Part shown: positions 63,401-64,000 of the stretch, one piece after another | Layout: every line of letters begins with the position of its first letter | How positions within the stretch are numbered: position 1 is the stretch's first letter | Assembly (NCBI GenBank): GCA_030603385.1 | Contig: JAUVXW010000006.1 | Span: 85,220 to 149,219 of the forward strand | DNA: 64,000 nucleotides | Reading direction: 5' to 3' | From: Promethearchaeota archaeon | Lineage (GTDB): Archaea > Asgardarchaeota > Lokiarchaeia > Sigyniarchaeales > SOKP01 | Made by a program: the position numbers and the translations under genes | The notes under the pieces: model-generated | Seen by the model: the letters and a program-made list of their open reading frames with translations, nothing else | The model's database searches: none | What the model was told of the DNA's origin: nothing

Positions 63401-64000
63401 ATGAAATTTAAACTCAAGACAAATAAAAGAAGTCAATTATTAGATGCTTCGAGTCAATTCAATTTGGAAGTTTTAGAAGGATCGCTTTTACTCCACGACT
63501 GTATTAATGATCTTGTGAATGGCAAGATTAATAAAAAGAAATTAGATAAAGTAATAGAATGCGAGCATAAAGCTGATCGTGTTAAGGAAAAATATATTGA
63601 TATTCTTTATAAAGATAAAAAGGCTCTACCTTTTTTAGTTGAAGATCGTTATCGATTAATTAAATATTTGGATGACTTATCAGATAATTCGGAAGAATTA
63701 GCAAGGGGGATTAAAGTATTTCCTTTTGAACTCTTTGATGACATAAAAAAGGATATGCAAGATATAAACGACTTGTACCAACAAACAATCGATACTCTTG
63801 TGGACATGGTAAACTTAATGGAGACAGATTTTAAGACTGCTTATCAGAAAAGTTTCCATATTGAAACTCTAAAGCGAAATACTCGTGATGCAAAATACAA
63901 CATTTTGGGTTTAATATATCAAAAGCCAGAAGAAAAATCCTTAAGAGTATACCTAACATCGAAAATATGCATAAAATTATTTGATATGATTGTACGAGCT
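63401..64000 (+). CDS. DUF47/PhoU-like phosphate transport regulator, partial
   Basis: Manual translation gives ...VIECEHKADRVKE...LPFLVEDRYRLIKYLDDLSD..., matching the EHxAD and PFxREDxxxL DUF47 pattern; runs off the window end. Confidence 0.8.
   Translation, partial: MKFKLKTNKRSQLLDASSQFNLEVLEGSLLLHDCINDLVNGKINKKKLDKVIECEHKADRVKEKYIDILYKDKKALPFLVEDRYRLIKYLDDLSDNSEELARGIKVFPFELFDDIKKDMQDINDLYQQTIDTLVDMVNLMETDFKTAYQKSFHIETLKRNTRDAKYNILGLIYQKPEEKSLRVYLTSKICIKLFDMIVRA

Overview
An AT-rich, gene-dense chromosomal segment, most likely from an Asgard archaeon of the Lokiarchaeia/Promethearchaeota type. The taxonomic call is inferred from archaeal uL16/L10e, Orc1/Cdc6, XerA, a TFB-like protein, an archaeal type A RNase P RNA, a Loki-CTERM-like sorting tail, SCP2 proteins and an IFT52-like GIFT protein. 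Most content is housekeeping or metabolic: chaperones (grpE/dnaK, dnaJ, htpX), a B12 acyl-CoA mutase operon, a sugar/polyol cluster, H+-PPase, abfD, tldDE and purA. Accessory content includes a decaying GNAT/methyltransferase tandem region, a HEPN-MNT pair and a giant helical-repeat/nitrilase fusion. The standout finding is in the B12-binding small subunit of the mutase (true start ATG 8938). It is interrupted at the Asp codon of its DxHxxG motif by a 28-nt frameshifting insert (8987-9014) that folds into a complete bulge-helix-bulge (BHB) motif. Cutting at the canonical endonuclease positions restores KPGLDGHDRG exactly. This points to a tRNA-type (EndA/RtcB) intron in a protein-coding mRNA of a probable Asgard archaeon. 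The ORF track also missed the RNase P RNA, a 45-aa rubredoxin-like ORF and two partial genes at the window edges. No database searches were run; all calls come from motif recognition.
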